Of a stretch of 64,000 bases of DNA, positions 1 to 13,749 are shown piece by piece. Position 1 is the first letter of the stretch, and each line of letters opens with the position of its first letter. The notes under the pieces were generated by a model. The model was not told the origin of the DNA. It saw nothing but the letters and a program-made list of their open reading frames with translations, and searched no databases. The translations under genes were made by a program, and so were the position numbers. Source of the stretch: Octopus vulgaris (taxonomy: Eukaryota); NCBI GenBank assembly GCA_951406725.2, contig OX597822.1:81406001-81470000 (forward strand), written 5' to 3'.

Positions 1-222
1 TGTGCTCGCGGATAGTTAAAGGACTGGGTGTGATACTGTAGACGGAGTAATAGCTACCGGAATATAAGTAAACATCCATTACCTATTTTTCTGTCTTCGA
101 TCGAATTGTTTACAGGGACGTATTCGTAAAGAAGACATCGTCACTTTCAGTGCTGGCTCCAAATTCTATAGATCAATCGACAGGGATAATCTTAAAAGTG
201 ATTTATCGCATTGCTAACACGA

Positions 223-645
<423 letters not shown>

Positions 646-1114
646 TACATATATATATACACATACACGTGTTTATACGAGTGTGTGCGTGTGTGTGTCT
701 GTCTGTGTGTCTGTCTGTGTCTGTGTGTGTATGTGTGCGTGCATGCGTGCGTGCGTGTGCGTGTGCGAGTGTGTGTGTGTATACAAGTATATGAATATGC
801 ATGAAGGCAAGCACTACGAATATAACAAAAAATTATCAAATTATCTGTAGAAATTGCAAACATCCAAATCTTTAAAAAGCACCGAATTCATTCATTAATC
901 AACGGACCGCTCCTTCGGTGTTTTATCAGAATAGAAAGAAACTTGCATTAAAAAAAAAATTAAAAACCATTTTAACATTTATTTAAAATTGATTAAGATT
1001 CCAGAATTAAATAAAATTATGAAAGCTTCCTAAATTTATAACATGCATATATATGCATGTATGCATATTTGTGTGTGTGCATGCGCGTGTATGTATATAT
1101 ATATATGTGTGTAT

Positions 1115-1164
<50 letters not shown>

Positions 1165-1279
1165 GTATTTGTACGTATGTTTACAAATGCTTGTTTTTAT
1201 GTAAACATTAATCTAAAAGATTACTCTATACATTTGTAGAGTACAAATTTATTATTCACTAAAAAAAATAGTACTGATA

Positions 1280-1690
1280 GGCGCAGGAGTGGCTGTGTGG
1301 TAAGTAGCTTGCTTACCAACTACACGGTTCCGGGTTCAGTCCCACTGCGTGGCACGTCGGGCAAGTGTCTTCTGCTATAGCCTCGGGCCGACCAAAGACT
1401 TGTGAGTGGATTTGGTAGATGGAAACTGAAAGAAGCCCGTCGTATATATGTATATATATGTGTGCGTGTATATTTGTGTGTCTGTGTCTGTCCCCTTAGC
1501 ATTGCTTGACAACCGATGCTGGTGTGTTTATGTCCCCGTCACTTAGCGGTTCGGCAAAACAGACCGATAGAATAAGTACTGGGCTTACAAAGAATAAGTC
1601 CCGGGGTCGAGTTGCTCGACTAAAGGCGGTGCTCCAGCATGGCCGCAGTCAAATGACTGAAACAAGTAAAAGAGTAAAAGAGTAAAGAGT
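1280..1690 (+). mobile_element. tRNA-derived SINE family A, full length
   Basis: Head GGCGCAGGAGTGGCTGTGTGGTAAG (A box) and GGTTCAGTCCC (B box); CORE-like segment (CACCTTGGGCAAGTG in most copies); internal (TA/TG)n; tail (GTAAAAGA)n. More than 12 homologous copies in the window. Confidence 0.9.
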
Positions 1691-1767
1691 ATAGAGACTT
1701 CGAAACTTCGGCCAGTATATATAGCTACTGAACCTTTTTCTATTTTCTCCCTCTGCTTATTTCTGTG

Positions 1768-1808
1768 GTCCTTTCTGTTGAAGAGCGTAGGCTCGAAACG
1801 TAAAAAAC
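1768..1808 (+). ncRNA. Variant minimal hammerhead-like motif within a dispersed repeat
   Basis: TTT-CTGTTGA-A-GAGC-GTAG-GCTC-GAAAC-GTA-AAA. Core A6 is replaced by U and there is an extra A after A9. Homologous copy at ~63440-63580 on the minus strand. Confidence 0.45.
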
Positions 1809-1911
1809 TTTCTCACTTCATGAGCGTTAAACTAATACATCTGTTTATTGTTTACATACCCGTCTTCGTGTTTTGTTTTTTTCGTAAATTCTCACTATGT
1901 ATATATACAAA

Positions 1912-2280
1912 TGGTTGCGGGTTCAGTCTCACTGCGTAGCACCTTGGGCAAGTGTCTACTATAGGCTCGGGACGACGAAAGCCTTGTGAGTGTATTTGGT
2001 AGGCGGAAGCTGTAAGACCAACGTATATGCATATCTGTGAGGGGATCGACAAACAGATCTTCGTATCTGTGTTTGTCCCCCACCACCGCTTGACAACCGG
2101 TGTTGGCGTGCTTACGTCACCGTAATGTAGTGGTTCGCCAAAAGAGACCGATAGAGTATGAACTAGGCTTAAAATAAACAAAAAGTTCTAGGGTTGTTTC
2201 ATTCAACTAAAACCCTTCAAGGCGGTGTCCCAGAAAGGCCACAGTCTAATGAGCGAAACAAGCAACAGATAAAAGATAAA
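1912..2280 (+). mobile_element. SINE family A, 5'-truncated diverged copy
   Basis: Aligns by eye to 1280-1690 from GGTT.CGGGTTCAGT through the tail. Confidence 0.85.
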
Positions 2281-2615
2281 TAAAATACAGATGTGTCTAT
2301 ATTTGAAATACGTAGACATTCACCAATATTCAAATACACATAAGCACCAGCTGGGATATATTTGTGTATAGCTTATAGCTTTGTCATTAGTTTTGATGCT
2401 GTTTGGAATTTTGCGAAATTTATTAATTTTGGCTACATAACTTTTACATTTAAGAGACATGCCTTCTACGACAGATTTTGACCAAGCAGTGACCGTCTAG
2501 ACAATACTCTTGTGTCCTTAATTTCGTAGACGGAAACTGTGTGGAAGCCTGTTGTTCATTTTGTACACACACACACACGTACATACATACGTACATACAT
2601 ACATACATACATACA

Positions 2616-2649
<34 letters not shown>

Positions 2650-2982
2650 CATATCCCAAATTTTATTTAATTACCTTGGCGGGAAGGACTGTTTCAACGA
2701 AGTCGAGTATTGTCCTTGCCTTCATACCGCGGAGTAGATGAAACAGAGACAACTGAAGAAGGGGAATATTCTTTATGTTGCATATCTCGTTTCTCTGTTT
2801 GTTTGGGTTTTTTTTTCGTTGTTCCAGAAAAAAACCGTTTCTATGTTTTTGTTTTTATGTTTTCGTTTCTCATTGTATTCAACGTTTTTATGATGTCCTG
2901 TACCCATATATGCATATATATATATGTAGGTATGTACATATACGTATGTATATATGCATATATTTATATATTACTTATATTT

Positions 2983-3049
<67 letters not shown>

Positions 3050-3218
3050 TTGTATGTATATTATTCGTTACCATTAATAGTATTGACAGTGACTTCGAAT
3101 TTTCGGCCAGTTAACTCATCATCGGACTAATGGTGGCTTAAGCTGGCCGAAAAGTATGGAGTAACCCTTCAGATTAATGTAAAACTGTCGTTATTATATC
3201 TGAACATAAAAGCAAACA

Positions 3219-3259
<41 letters not shown>

Positions 3260-3426
3260 ACCGACCAGTCCATCAGATGTAGTTACACATCGCTGGTCAC
3301 AATGCGTTCGCATTGTTTTAGCCTTCGAATGACGCCACCCCGCTGGCTAAGCGAGCAGGCCAATATATATATATATATATATATACATATATAGACAAGA
3401 ATGTATGTATGTATGTATGCATGTAA

Positions 3427-3457
<31 letters not shown>

Positions 3458-3569
3458 TGTATATATGTATGTGTGTAAATATGTATGTATGTATATATGT
3501 ATGTGTGCAAATATGTATGTATGGATGTATGTATGTATGTATGTATGTATGTATGTATGTATGTGTATT

Positions 3570-3735
3570 CGTGTTTTCCCTACCACTGCCAGACAACCAG
3601 AAGTTCGAGTAAACACACCAATAGACTAAGTACCAGTTTTTAAAATAAGTCTTGGAGTTGATCAGTTTGACTACAACCTTCAAAGTGGCGTCCCAACATG
3701 ACTGCAGTGCAAAGAGAGAAAAAATACAACGATAA
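3570..3735 (+). mobile_element. SINE family A, decayed 3' fragment
   Basis: Remnants of GACAACC, AAGTACCAG, AATAAGTCTTGGAGTTGAT and CAACATGACTGCAGT motifs. Confidence 0.55.
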
Positions 3736-4109
3736 AATTCTTTTAAATGGATAAACGCGATATTCATCCGGTCAAAAACACGATATTCATCCGTTCAAAG
3801 AAATTTTAAGATTTTGTCTCCGTCACAGCTTGTGCCTAGAATGATAATTCTCACAAATCCTTTGTGGACAATCCTCCAACAGCCACACGCCAAGCATTAG
3901 CGATGTTATCTGTGTTGATCAGAGGAGATTACCATACTTCTCCTTAAGAGATAAAACTGTAAGTTAAAAGCAAAGCTGATTCCCTTTTGTACGCACAGGT
4001 CCATCAGGTCCATGTATCTGCTGATAGACTCCAAAATCGATTGACAACAATCTCAACTATCATTCTACGTTTCCAAAACTCCGTGCCTAAAACCCGTAAG
4101 TTACATATC

Positions 4110-4545
4110 GGTTTTAAATTTGGGCACGAAGCCAGGAAATTCGGGAGAAGGGGTAAGTCGATTACATCGACTCCAGTGCACAACTGGCCCTTATTTTAGC
4201 GACCCCTAAAGGATGAAAGGCAAAGACAACCCCGGCGGCATTTGAATTCATAACGTAAAGACAGATGACATGTTGTTAAGTAGTTTGTCCGGCGTGTTAA
4301 CGATTCTGCCATCTTGCTGTTTTCACCTTATGTTACATTTCGGATTCAAATTTTCGCACAAAGCCAATAAATTCTGTGGATGGGATAAATCGATTTTATT
4401 GACTCCCAGAGTTTTATTGCTACTTATTTTATCGACTCCTAAGGGATGAAAGGTAAAGTCAACCGCGGTGGCATTCGATGACAGAAAGTAAGTTCGAAAG
4501 AAAGGTCGCTAAGCAATTATTCCGGCGGCGATGATGAAACTGCCT
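4110..4545 (-). mobile_element. Two tandem copies of SINE family B
   Basis: Both contain the reverse complement of GTCGACTTTGCCTTTCATCCTTTCGGGGTCGATAAA..AAGTACCAG, as at 25074 and 49166. Confidence 0.8.
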
Positions 4546-5249
4546 TTAATCGATGTTACACATTAAATTATCTAAGTCCGTGTGCTATGTTCAGCGGGAT
4601 AGGTTTGAAATCCAGATGATTAAGCGTAGCCTTTTGGTCCCTGGTGGTTTGGTATGGCTGACTAGACATTCAGCCTGTTTTGGTGACAAGGCATTTCGGC
4701 GCTGGAGACATGAACACACACACACACACACACCACCAACACCACCTCCACCACATATCTTATGCACGCGGCGCAGAAATATGTGTAAACAGATAAACGG
4801 AGAGAGAGGGAGAGAGACAGTGTGAGAGGGAAAGAGAGAAACATGGCAATTTGTTAGTTGAACACGATTGACAGAAATTTTTTCTCTCCTTATACACATA
4901 AAGAGAAAGAGGTTCACACACGCACACACACAGAAGGAGGAGGAGGGGGGAGGGGGAAGCAGGAGGAGCAGGAGGAGGAGGATGCATTAAAACGAGGAAA
5001 AGAGAAACATTAAAACTTCTGACGTCAAATACGGCAGAGTCGAATCCGTGATGCCAAAGCAGCTGCGCCAAAATGTTCTCATACTCATACGCCCTGAATT
5101 AAATGCATCTGCGTTGCATATTAAATCCTATTCATTTTCGTATCCTGTTCCCGAGTATTACATATTTACATATACCACGTGAAGGTGTACAAGCTTATCT
5201 AGGAATACATATCTGGTGCGTATTTATGTACAGTTATCCACAATAAGTG

Positions 5250-5409
5250 GACAGGAGTGGCTGTGTGGTAAGAAGGTTGTTTCCCAACCTTATAGTTCCG
5301 GGTTCAGTCCCACTGCGTGGCAACTGGAGCAAGTATGTTCTACTATAGCCCCGGGCCGACCAAAGCATTGTGAGTGGATTTAGCAGACAGAAACTGAAAG
5401 AAACCCGTC

Positions 5410-5412
<3 letters not shown>
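5250..5412 (+). mobile_element. SINE family A, 5' half
   Basis: CAGGAGTGGCTGTGTGGTAAG...GAAACTGAAAGAAACCCGTCG, ending in (TA)n. Confidence 0.85.
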
Positions 5413-5461
<49 letters not shown>

Positions 5462-5554
5462 TCGTGGCACACCGTCGGTTACATATATGTTTATTCATAT
5501 ATGTATATTCATTTATATATATGTATGTAAATATATGTGTATGGTGGAGTGTTT

Positions 5555-5830
5555 ATACTTAAAGCTCCACGAGGCTCCGGCAGAGAGTGGTGGTGAACCC
5601 TGCTGTACTCTTTCACCGCAACTTTCTCTCACTCTTTCTTTCTGATATACCTGTATTTCAAAGGGCCAGTCTTGTCACACACTGTGTCACACTGAATCAC
5701 CCCCGAGAACTACGTAAATGGTACATGTGTCTGTGGAGTGATCAGCCACTTACACGTTAATTTCACGAGCAAGCTATTCCGTTGATCGGATCAACTGGAA
5801 CCCTCATCGTCGTAACCGACGGAATGCCAC
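5555..5830 (+). mobile_element. SINE family C, 5'-truncated
   Basis: Matches the reverse complement of 55155-55430 (CACGAGGCTCCGG...GGATCAACTGGAACCCTC.TCGTCGTAACCGAC). Confidence 0.8.
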
Positions 5831-6177
5831 GATATGTGTACGGATTTTGTGCCTATGTCTGTGCGTGTATGTGTGTATGCGTGTATGTGTGTGTGTGTGC
5901 ATATGTGTGTGATTCAAAGTGTATGTTATGAGTATTATGAATGAATTGTGTGTAGACGTATTTAGATACATATTTACATATGTGTGAATATATCCTCGGT
6001 AAGTGGATATATTTGAATATTTGATGAATGACATGTTTGTAGCCATGTGCGCAGGTGTAGGCACGCATATATGCACACAAATTTGTAATTAACACACACA
6101 CACGTATATATATATATATACACACACACATGTATGTATGTCTATATATATGTATGTATGTATATAAATATATATAT

Positions 6178-6246
<69 letters not shown>

Positions 6247-6996
6247 TACATATATACACGCACACACATATGTATAAGAAGATAGATAGAGAGTGAGAGA
6301 GAAACATTTATATATACACAAACACGGACATATAGATATATAGATAGAAACATACATACATACAAACATATATATATATACATATATATACACGCACGCG
6401 TGGACATATGCATACATGCACATTTGCACATATGCGGATATATATATATATATATATATATATACTTTATATTACTCTACTTCTGGTATTTGAGTATCCA
6501 CTTTGTTTCATATTTATTTGCTTACTTCTGTATGTGTGTGTGTGTGTGTGTGTGTGTACAAATATGTATGTATATAATATTGTACATGGGCGTCGGTATT
6601 TGTGTGAATAGGCTTGCATGTACATTCAAACACCGACATGCCTGCCAGTGCGTAACCGTTTGCGCATTTCGCTTTTCCATTGTCATGTGTTCCAATAATC
6701 CTTTGTTCTTATTACTCAACATGCTTTATTCATTATTTGTGATCATACAACCATAACGCAATTGTTATGGAATCCCTATACTTTTTATTATGTATACACT
6801 TATATATTGATGAAGCTTCCATTGTTATATAGACTATAGAAATATATATATTTGAAATTTTAACGAATTTTTAAATAAATGTTATATTTACATTATAATG
6901 TATTTTATGCTCCTCATTTTTAAGTAATTTTCATTATTCAATGATTAAGCACACAAGTGATTCTAGATTGATATTTTAAAATATATGTTCGATAAT

Positions 6997-7220
6997 GCGG
7001 CGAGCTGGCAGAATCGTTAGCACGCTGGGCAAAATGGTCAGCGGCATTTCGTCTGCCTTGACGATCTGAGTTCAAATTCCGCCGAGGTCGAATTTGCGTG
7101 TAATCCATTCGGTGGGGGGGGGCGATAAATTAAGTACCAGTTGAATACTGGGGTCTATATAATGGATTTTACCACCCACCCCACCAACACGCTGGCGTTG
7201 TGCCAGAATTCGAAACCAAT
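6997..7220 (+). mobile_element. SINE family B
   Basis: GCGGCGAGCTGGCAGAATCGTTAGC head, GAGTTCAAATTCC B box and the family central domain. Confidence 0.85.
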
Positions 7221-7399
7221 ATATATAATGTTCGTATCTGGTAAAATTTGGGATATTCATGTATTTGTACTTTAATGTTTGTAATGGTTGTCATATTTTA
7301 CTCCGGGCCAGTTGATATTTATCCTGTTGCTTCAATAATCATGTGATTATTGAAGCTGATAATGTATCTTGGGCACTGGATTTACAAACTCCTTATCAA

Positions 7400-7700
7400 T
7401 GGTCCACAGATGTCCTCTTTCTCTTGTATTTTTCTAACCACATTAGTGTCCAGAGGACTGCTGATCTCTACAACTGAACATAACTTTTCTTTGTGGTCCA
7501 ACGCAACAATATCCGTTCGGTTGTGTTTAAACTTTTAAGTTCCACCAGTATTTTTTTTTAACCCCCGGTCTTAATATGGTCAGCTCTCTTTTTTATTATC
7601 CTGATCGAGGCTGTTCTGGCCACCGCATCATGTTGCATGGAAATATAATGTCTGGAAGACATTCTCTCATTGTTGGCAATAATGTGGTTGATGTCTTCAG
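7400..7700 (-). pseudogene. Decayed RLE-type (R4/Dong-like) LINE fragment
   Basis: Minus strand gives HDAVAR, YWW and KHNRTDIVA..KEKLCSVVEIS-like segments, homologous to 28310-28650. Confidence 0.55.
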
Positions 7701-7753
7701 TCTTGGTTTTGTTGTCTGTCAACGTTTTATGCCTGCCTCTGTGTATGTATGTA

Positions 7754-7972
7754 TTAGGTTGGTGCCTAATTCTTGCGGCTTTTATCAATAAATTTTATTC
7801 GACAAAAAATTTAATAAAATGCTAATTTAAACAAGACGCCAAGCAGAAATTGAAGTAGATGGTGAATATGCTTCGGGTTATCATTTAAATATGCTTTTGT
7901 TAAAGGTTCTTATTGTTATTGTTGAAGAAAATTTTTTGAAACAAAAGCCGCAATAATTATGCACCAACCTAA
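7754..7972. mobile_element. Non-autonomous mariner element (MITE) with Hsmar1/MADE1-like TIRs
   Basis: TIRs TTAGGTTGGTGCCTAATTCTTGCGGCTTTT and AAAAGCCGCAATAATTATGCACCAACCTAA, with TA on both sides; internal GTAGATGGTGAATAT resembles a transposase C-terminus. Confidence 0.85.
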
Positions 7973-8117
7973 TATTTATCTCTGTATGTATGAATGAATG
8001 AATGAAATTGTTTGAGAAAGACTTTGGTCTGTGTCTGCAATAACCCAAAATTTCATCCGGAACTGAAAATTCCTTTAAACTCTTACTAGGTTCAAGATAT
8101 CATCTTTCCTTATACTC

Positions 8118-8382
8118 TCTTTTACTCTTTTACTCTTTTACACGTTTCAGTCATTTGACTGCGGCCATGCTGGAGCACCACCTTTAGTCGAAGAAATCGG
8201 CCCCAGAACTTATTCGTTATAAGCCTAGTACTTATTTTGCCGGTCTCTTTTGCTGAACCGCTACGTTTCGTGGATATAAACACACTAACAACGGTTGTCA
8301 AGCGATGGTGGTGGGGGGGACAAACCCAGACACAAAGACACACACACACATAAATACACACGCACATATATACATATAAATA

Positions 8383-8441
<59 letters not shown>

Positions 8442-8600
8442 GACGAGCTTCCTTCAGTTTCCGTCTACCAAATCCACTCACAACGCTTTAGTCGGTCGGC
8501 GGCTAGTGTAGAAGATACTTGCCCAAGGCACCACACAATAGGACTAAACCTGGAACCATGTGGTTGGGAAGCAAGCTTCTTACCACACAGCCACGCCCAT
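8118..8600 (-). mobile_element. SINE family A, full length
   Basis: Reverse complement of the family A consensus, including the (TTTTACTC)n tail. Confidence 0.9.
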
Positions 8601-9095
8601 ATTACAAATATTTATTGAAAAAATGTCTCGACGCAAAAGCCCCTGTCATGGAACAAACTGAATTAATTTTTGACACATTGGAAAGAAAACACAATCGTTT
8701 TCCATTTTTTTTTTTTAACCTAGACAAAATAATTTCCATGTAGAAAATTGTTTCTCGTGAGACTGAACTCTCATTACGAATGGTTTCTGTAATGAGACTA
8801 AATAATACGCAATCAGTACCAGTTTGATCCTCCAAAGTCAACGGTAACCAGTGAAGGGCACCACCTGGCAGGTATTGATGGGGTCCCAAAACCAGTTGTA
8901 GTTCTCTCCGATACTTTATCTTTAAGCATTCATTACAAGACAGGCCGAACGAGCGTCTTGCATGAAACTCTACGTATATAGAAACATAAGGTTATAAACA
9001 TAAAGAAGCCTTACTAAGCCCTCAGCAGCAGCCGCACTCACACACAAAATACATATGCACACATACTTATATATATATAAATAAATATGTAAGCA

Positions 9096-9154
<59 letters not shown>

Positions 9155-9567
9155 GCACATATGTTTACATATTTAAGTATATATAAGCATATACACAAAG
9201 GGAAAGCGAGAGAAAGGAAGAGATATATATTTATAGGTTTTATGTACCAATTTTTGAATACATTCACACATATATACATCTGTAAATTTCTGTGTATATA
9301 CATGCATATCAATATATATTTACATATATATATATATATATATACGCATTTATATATACATACAAATATACATGTATGTATGTGTTTGTATTTATACATA
9401 CATATATATATATATATATATAGCGTAAGTATACATGCCAAAATGGTTGAATAAATATGACGTCAATAGGTTTAGAAATGACAAGCGGAAGGAAAGCAAA
9501 GTGCATACATCAATGCTACAAACAACAGACAACATGCCAAACCGAAAAATTTCAACATTGCAGCCAT

Positions 9568-9605
<38 letters not shown>

Positions 9606-9916
9606 TATATGTACGCGTTTTATGTATATCTGCAGCGAGGAAAAAAGTAACCAACAAACATCTCTTCCCAAGAAACATTATACGAACGTAAAAAAAAAAT
9701 GCTTTTGAATGTTCTTATGTGTGTGTGAGCGTGCGCGCGTATGTGTGTAATGTGTGTATGTGCGTGTGTATACATGCATGCATATATGTAACCCAAGGCT
9801 TTTACATCATATTTGCCAGAAGAAACGAAAACCACTTACATCCATATCACTATATCCGTCTACCATTGTACGTTTGCATGGCAAACTATACATATACATA
9901 CATACATGTAAGACAA

Positions 9917-9980
<64 letters not shown>

Positions 9981-10061
9981 ACATATACATATATATATAC
10001 GCACACACATATATATATATATATATACATACATACATACATACATACATACATACATACA

Positions 10062-10097
<36 letters not shown>

Positions 10098-10216
10098 TAC
10101 ATATATAAAACTATGCCTTATTGTACATTCGTTTGAAGGTGATTCACTTCGCTGCCATTCCGAATTTCTTGCTCTTTGTGATCAATGAAAGCGTGTCCGT
10201 GTGTGTGTGTGTGTGC

Positions 10217-10313
<97 letters not shown>

Positions 10314-10565
10314 CATAGCCACTTAACGTTTCCGTTCAGAACACATAAATATGAACACATGTACATACACAAACACACTCACACATACACAAGCAAGTAT
10401 ACATGCACACACACACACACACACACACACTCATAGACACACACACACACATTTTACTATAGCACCTACATGGTATTGTTACAATGCTACGCTGTACTAC
10501 TGAAGTATATATAGATATATATATATGTGTATATTTGTGTGTGTGTGTGTATGTGTGTGTGTGAG

Positions 10566-10635
<70 letters not shown>

Positions 10636-11295
10636 TGTACGAATGCTTCTAGCTAGTATACTATGTATTCATAGATGTAAGACTCTCGTGTTTACATAAA
10701 GCATTTTTGTGGTCAGAAAATTAGGGATCATCTAAACTCGTTTCAGTCATACAAATGTAATGGAAGTGACTGAGGCGAAAGTTTGAGTGGTTAAGAGTAC
10801 ATCTTCCTCGTTTATCATAGATGTATGCGTGTATGTATACAGGAATATACTACAACGATATATATCAAGATATATTAAACACATTTTATTGTATGTGTGG
10901 CTAGCAATTAAAAACCAAAGAGGAATTAATAAATAAAGGATGCAAAATAGCAAAAGCGATTGCTAAATGTAAGAGTCAAACAATTAACTCTGAGAGCTCC
11001 ATAGAGACACTAACTTCAGTTAGGTTTACGGGGAGCAGGCACAGCAAACTAGAACGCTCTTTCCCTTGTGAGATAGACTCACAAAAGAAATAACTAGATA
11101 ATGATTTACCACGTGATTTAGAAATTTAACCAATAGGGTTTTTGTTTATCTTTAGAAGCATTTCCCATCTACTCAGGGCTAAATAGGTAGTTTGTTTCGT
11201 AATGTTAAATGAGAATAGGAAACTGTTAATAAGACGCGCTAAATTTAAACATTTAGAGTGTACATCAATACAAGAAGATACTAAAATGATATATG

Positions 11296-11334
<39 letters not shown>

Positions 11335-11335
<1 letters not shown>

Positions 11336-11570
11336 GCGCAGGCGTGGCTGTGTGGTAAGTAGCTTGCTTTCCAATCACAACATAGCCACAGTCAAATGAG
11401 ACATATACAACGTAAAATACCTTGCTTACGAACACATGGTTCCGGGTTCAGCCCTACTGTGTGGCACCTTGGGCAAGTGTCTTCTACTATAACCTCCGAC
11501 CGACCAAAGCCTTGTGAGTGGATTTGGTTGACGGAAACTGAAAGAAGCCCGTCGTATATATGTGTGTGTG
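11335..11570 (+). mobile_element. SINE family A, 5' half with an internal ~55-bp insertion or duplication
   Basis: GGCGCAGGCGTGGCTGTGTGGTAAG head; CTTGCTT occurs twice around the extra segment. Confidence 0.8.
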
Positions 11571-11924
11571 TACATATATTAGTAAGATAATAGGAAAACG
11601 TCATTAGTAGGCATGAGAGGGGAGAAGATGAGTGGAAAATAAAATAAAATAAAATGAAGTAAAACAATATAAAATACAATAGAATTGGTAGAGTAGAATG
11701 AGGTTTAATTTTCTGTAATAATTTGGTGGGGTAGGGGCGATATAATTGTTTATTTGTTTGTTTGTTTTTTAAGGTCACTCCTGTAAAAGCTTAAAGGTTC
11801 GCGTATACCTCTGTCTGTCTCTCTTGCTATTGATCCAATCCATCTGTCTACTTTTATTCCTTGTTTTAAAAATTTTAAACAATTTAAAACTTTTAATTTT
11901 AAAAACCTTTTTATATAGATTCTG

Positions 11925-12076
11925 AATGGCTGTGAGGTAAAAAGCTTGCTTCCAACCACATGTTTCTGGGTTCAGTCCCATTGCGTGGCATCTTGGACCA
12001 GTGTCTTCTACTATAGTCTCGAGCCGACCAAAAGCTTTTTGAGTGAATTTGGTAGACGAAACTGAAAGAAACCCGT

Positions 12077-12122
<46 letters not shown>

Positions 12123-12290
12123 CCCTTCATCATCGCTTGACAATCGATGTTAGTGTGTTTACGTCTCGACAAAAGTGACCGGTAGAATAAGTACTAGGCT
12201 TACAAAGAATAAGTCCTGGCGTCAATTTGTTCGACTAAATGTGGTGCTCCATCATGGCCGCCGTCAAATGACTGAAACATGTAAAAGAAT
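11925..12290 (+). mobile_element. SINE family A
   Basis: Head, internal (TG)n and tail all present. Confidence 0.85.
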
Positions 12291-12699
12291 ATTGGAATAT
12301 ATGGAATGTTTGAAAATTCTGAAGTGCAACGAAAAGGTGATGAAAGATTACAAAACTGAAATATTGGCCCTAAGTAAAATTAGACAATGAAGGAATGGAT
12401 CGCATATTTTACGATGGAAGGGCTCATTTTTGTTTCCTGGAAGAAAAGATAATATTGGAAATGAAAGAATCGACCTGATTCTTGGCAAAACGACTGCAAG
12501 ACAATTACTATATTTACTTGTATATAAATCGCAGCTCTAATTTTGTGTTAAATCTTGTTAGAAAATCTTTTCCCTTCTCATTCAAACTTGATATCATCTC
12601 TGTCCCGAGTACAGATGGCACACAAGTTTTATCAGTTGAAATCAAGTATAAAATCATGCAACTGCAAGTTGCATGAATGAAAAGCATTAGCTAATAACA

Positions 12700-13700
12700 G
12701 AATGCATATAAAGTACAAGCATTCATTGAATAATGCATCAGATGAAGAAATGATTTACAAGATTAATACTCTACCAGCAAGCGGTGGGAAAATTGTGATT
12801 AGTGATCAAAATGAAAAATGCTGACCTTAGCAACGAAGGTATGGAACAGACGATAAAAATTTGTAGACGTATAGATGGTAATGAAAATGGCGGAAGATTG
12901 ATCAGCTCTTGTATGGCCTCAATCTCATCATTGGAGACACTGTCTTTAAGCAGGAGGTATTCATGAATAGACTTGAACATCTCCAGGTGTACAAAAATGT
13001 AAATCAAATAGATAAGATTTTGGTAAGACGTCAACGAAAATAATCGCTTCTAGTTGTTTGAACATATCGAGGTGACCATCAAGTAGTAGAGTGGTGATAG
13101 TGCAGTTAACGCTGAGGCAAAAGAAAAGAAAGAAGGGGAGATAACAAGGTTAGAGACAGAAAAGTTAAAGGAATTCGTAATTGAATGTCCAAATCAATAT
13201 ATAGCGCTGGGAGTTATTGATGAAGAGGATATAGAAATTAATGCCGCTTGGGTGAATATAAAAGAAATATAACAGAATGTTGTCGAATGTTATCTGGGAA
13301 GAAAAATAAAAAGAAATAGATTTGAGATGAAACATGTCGAATTATTGAGAATCAAAAAGAACAGAAACAAGTTACTGAAATTTGAAGAGGGAATGATGTG
13401 AATTTAAATTGGAAATATGTAAATAAGAGAGTATCAATAGAGATGTGAACTGAGGTTTGGAAAGAAGATGAGAGAAACTTTGTTTAAGCGAAATCAGATG
13501 AAGCAGACGACTTGAACAAACCAGGAAACAGAATAAGAATCGGAGAAGTATATGAAAACAATCACCGAGATTTCAGAAAAAAAGACAATTTGTGTTTATA
13601 TTAATGAGGAATTGATAATATCTAATATGAACAGCCCTAAAAAAGGAAAACATTATTTGATGGGAGAAAGTTCTGGAACTCATGAGCTACAAGAGGAAAT
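12700..13700 (+). pseudogene. Possible highly decayed LINE (RTE-like) segment
   Basis: Purine-rich coding-like strand bias with fragments such as INAAWVNIKE...LGRK; many stops, no intact domain. Confidence 0.3.
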
Positions 13701-13749
13701 GGAAGTGGCTGTTAGTGAACTATCAGTTCAAGAAATAGGAAATATAGAT

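Noticed and set aside
8925-8980. CAAGAC...GTCTTG hairpin followed by GAAAC..GTA
   Set aside because: No CUGANGA box upstream and no stem I, so not called a hammerhead.
5020-9465. Two perfect CRE palindromes TGACGTCA (5020-5027 and 9458-9465)
   Set aside because: About one is expected by chance in 64 kb, and no linked transcription start is evident.
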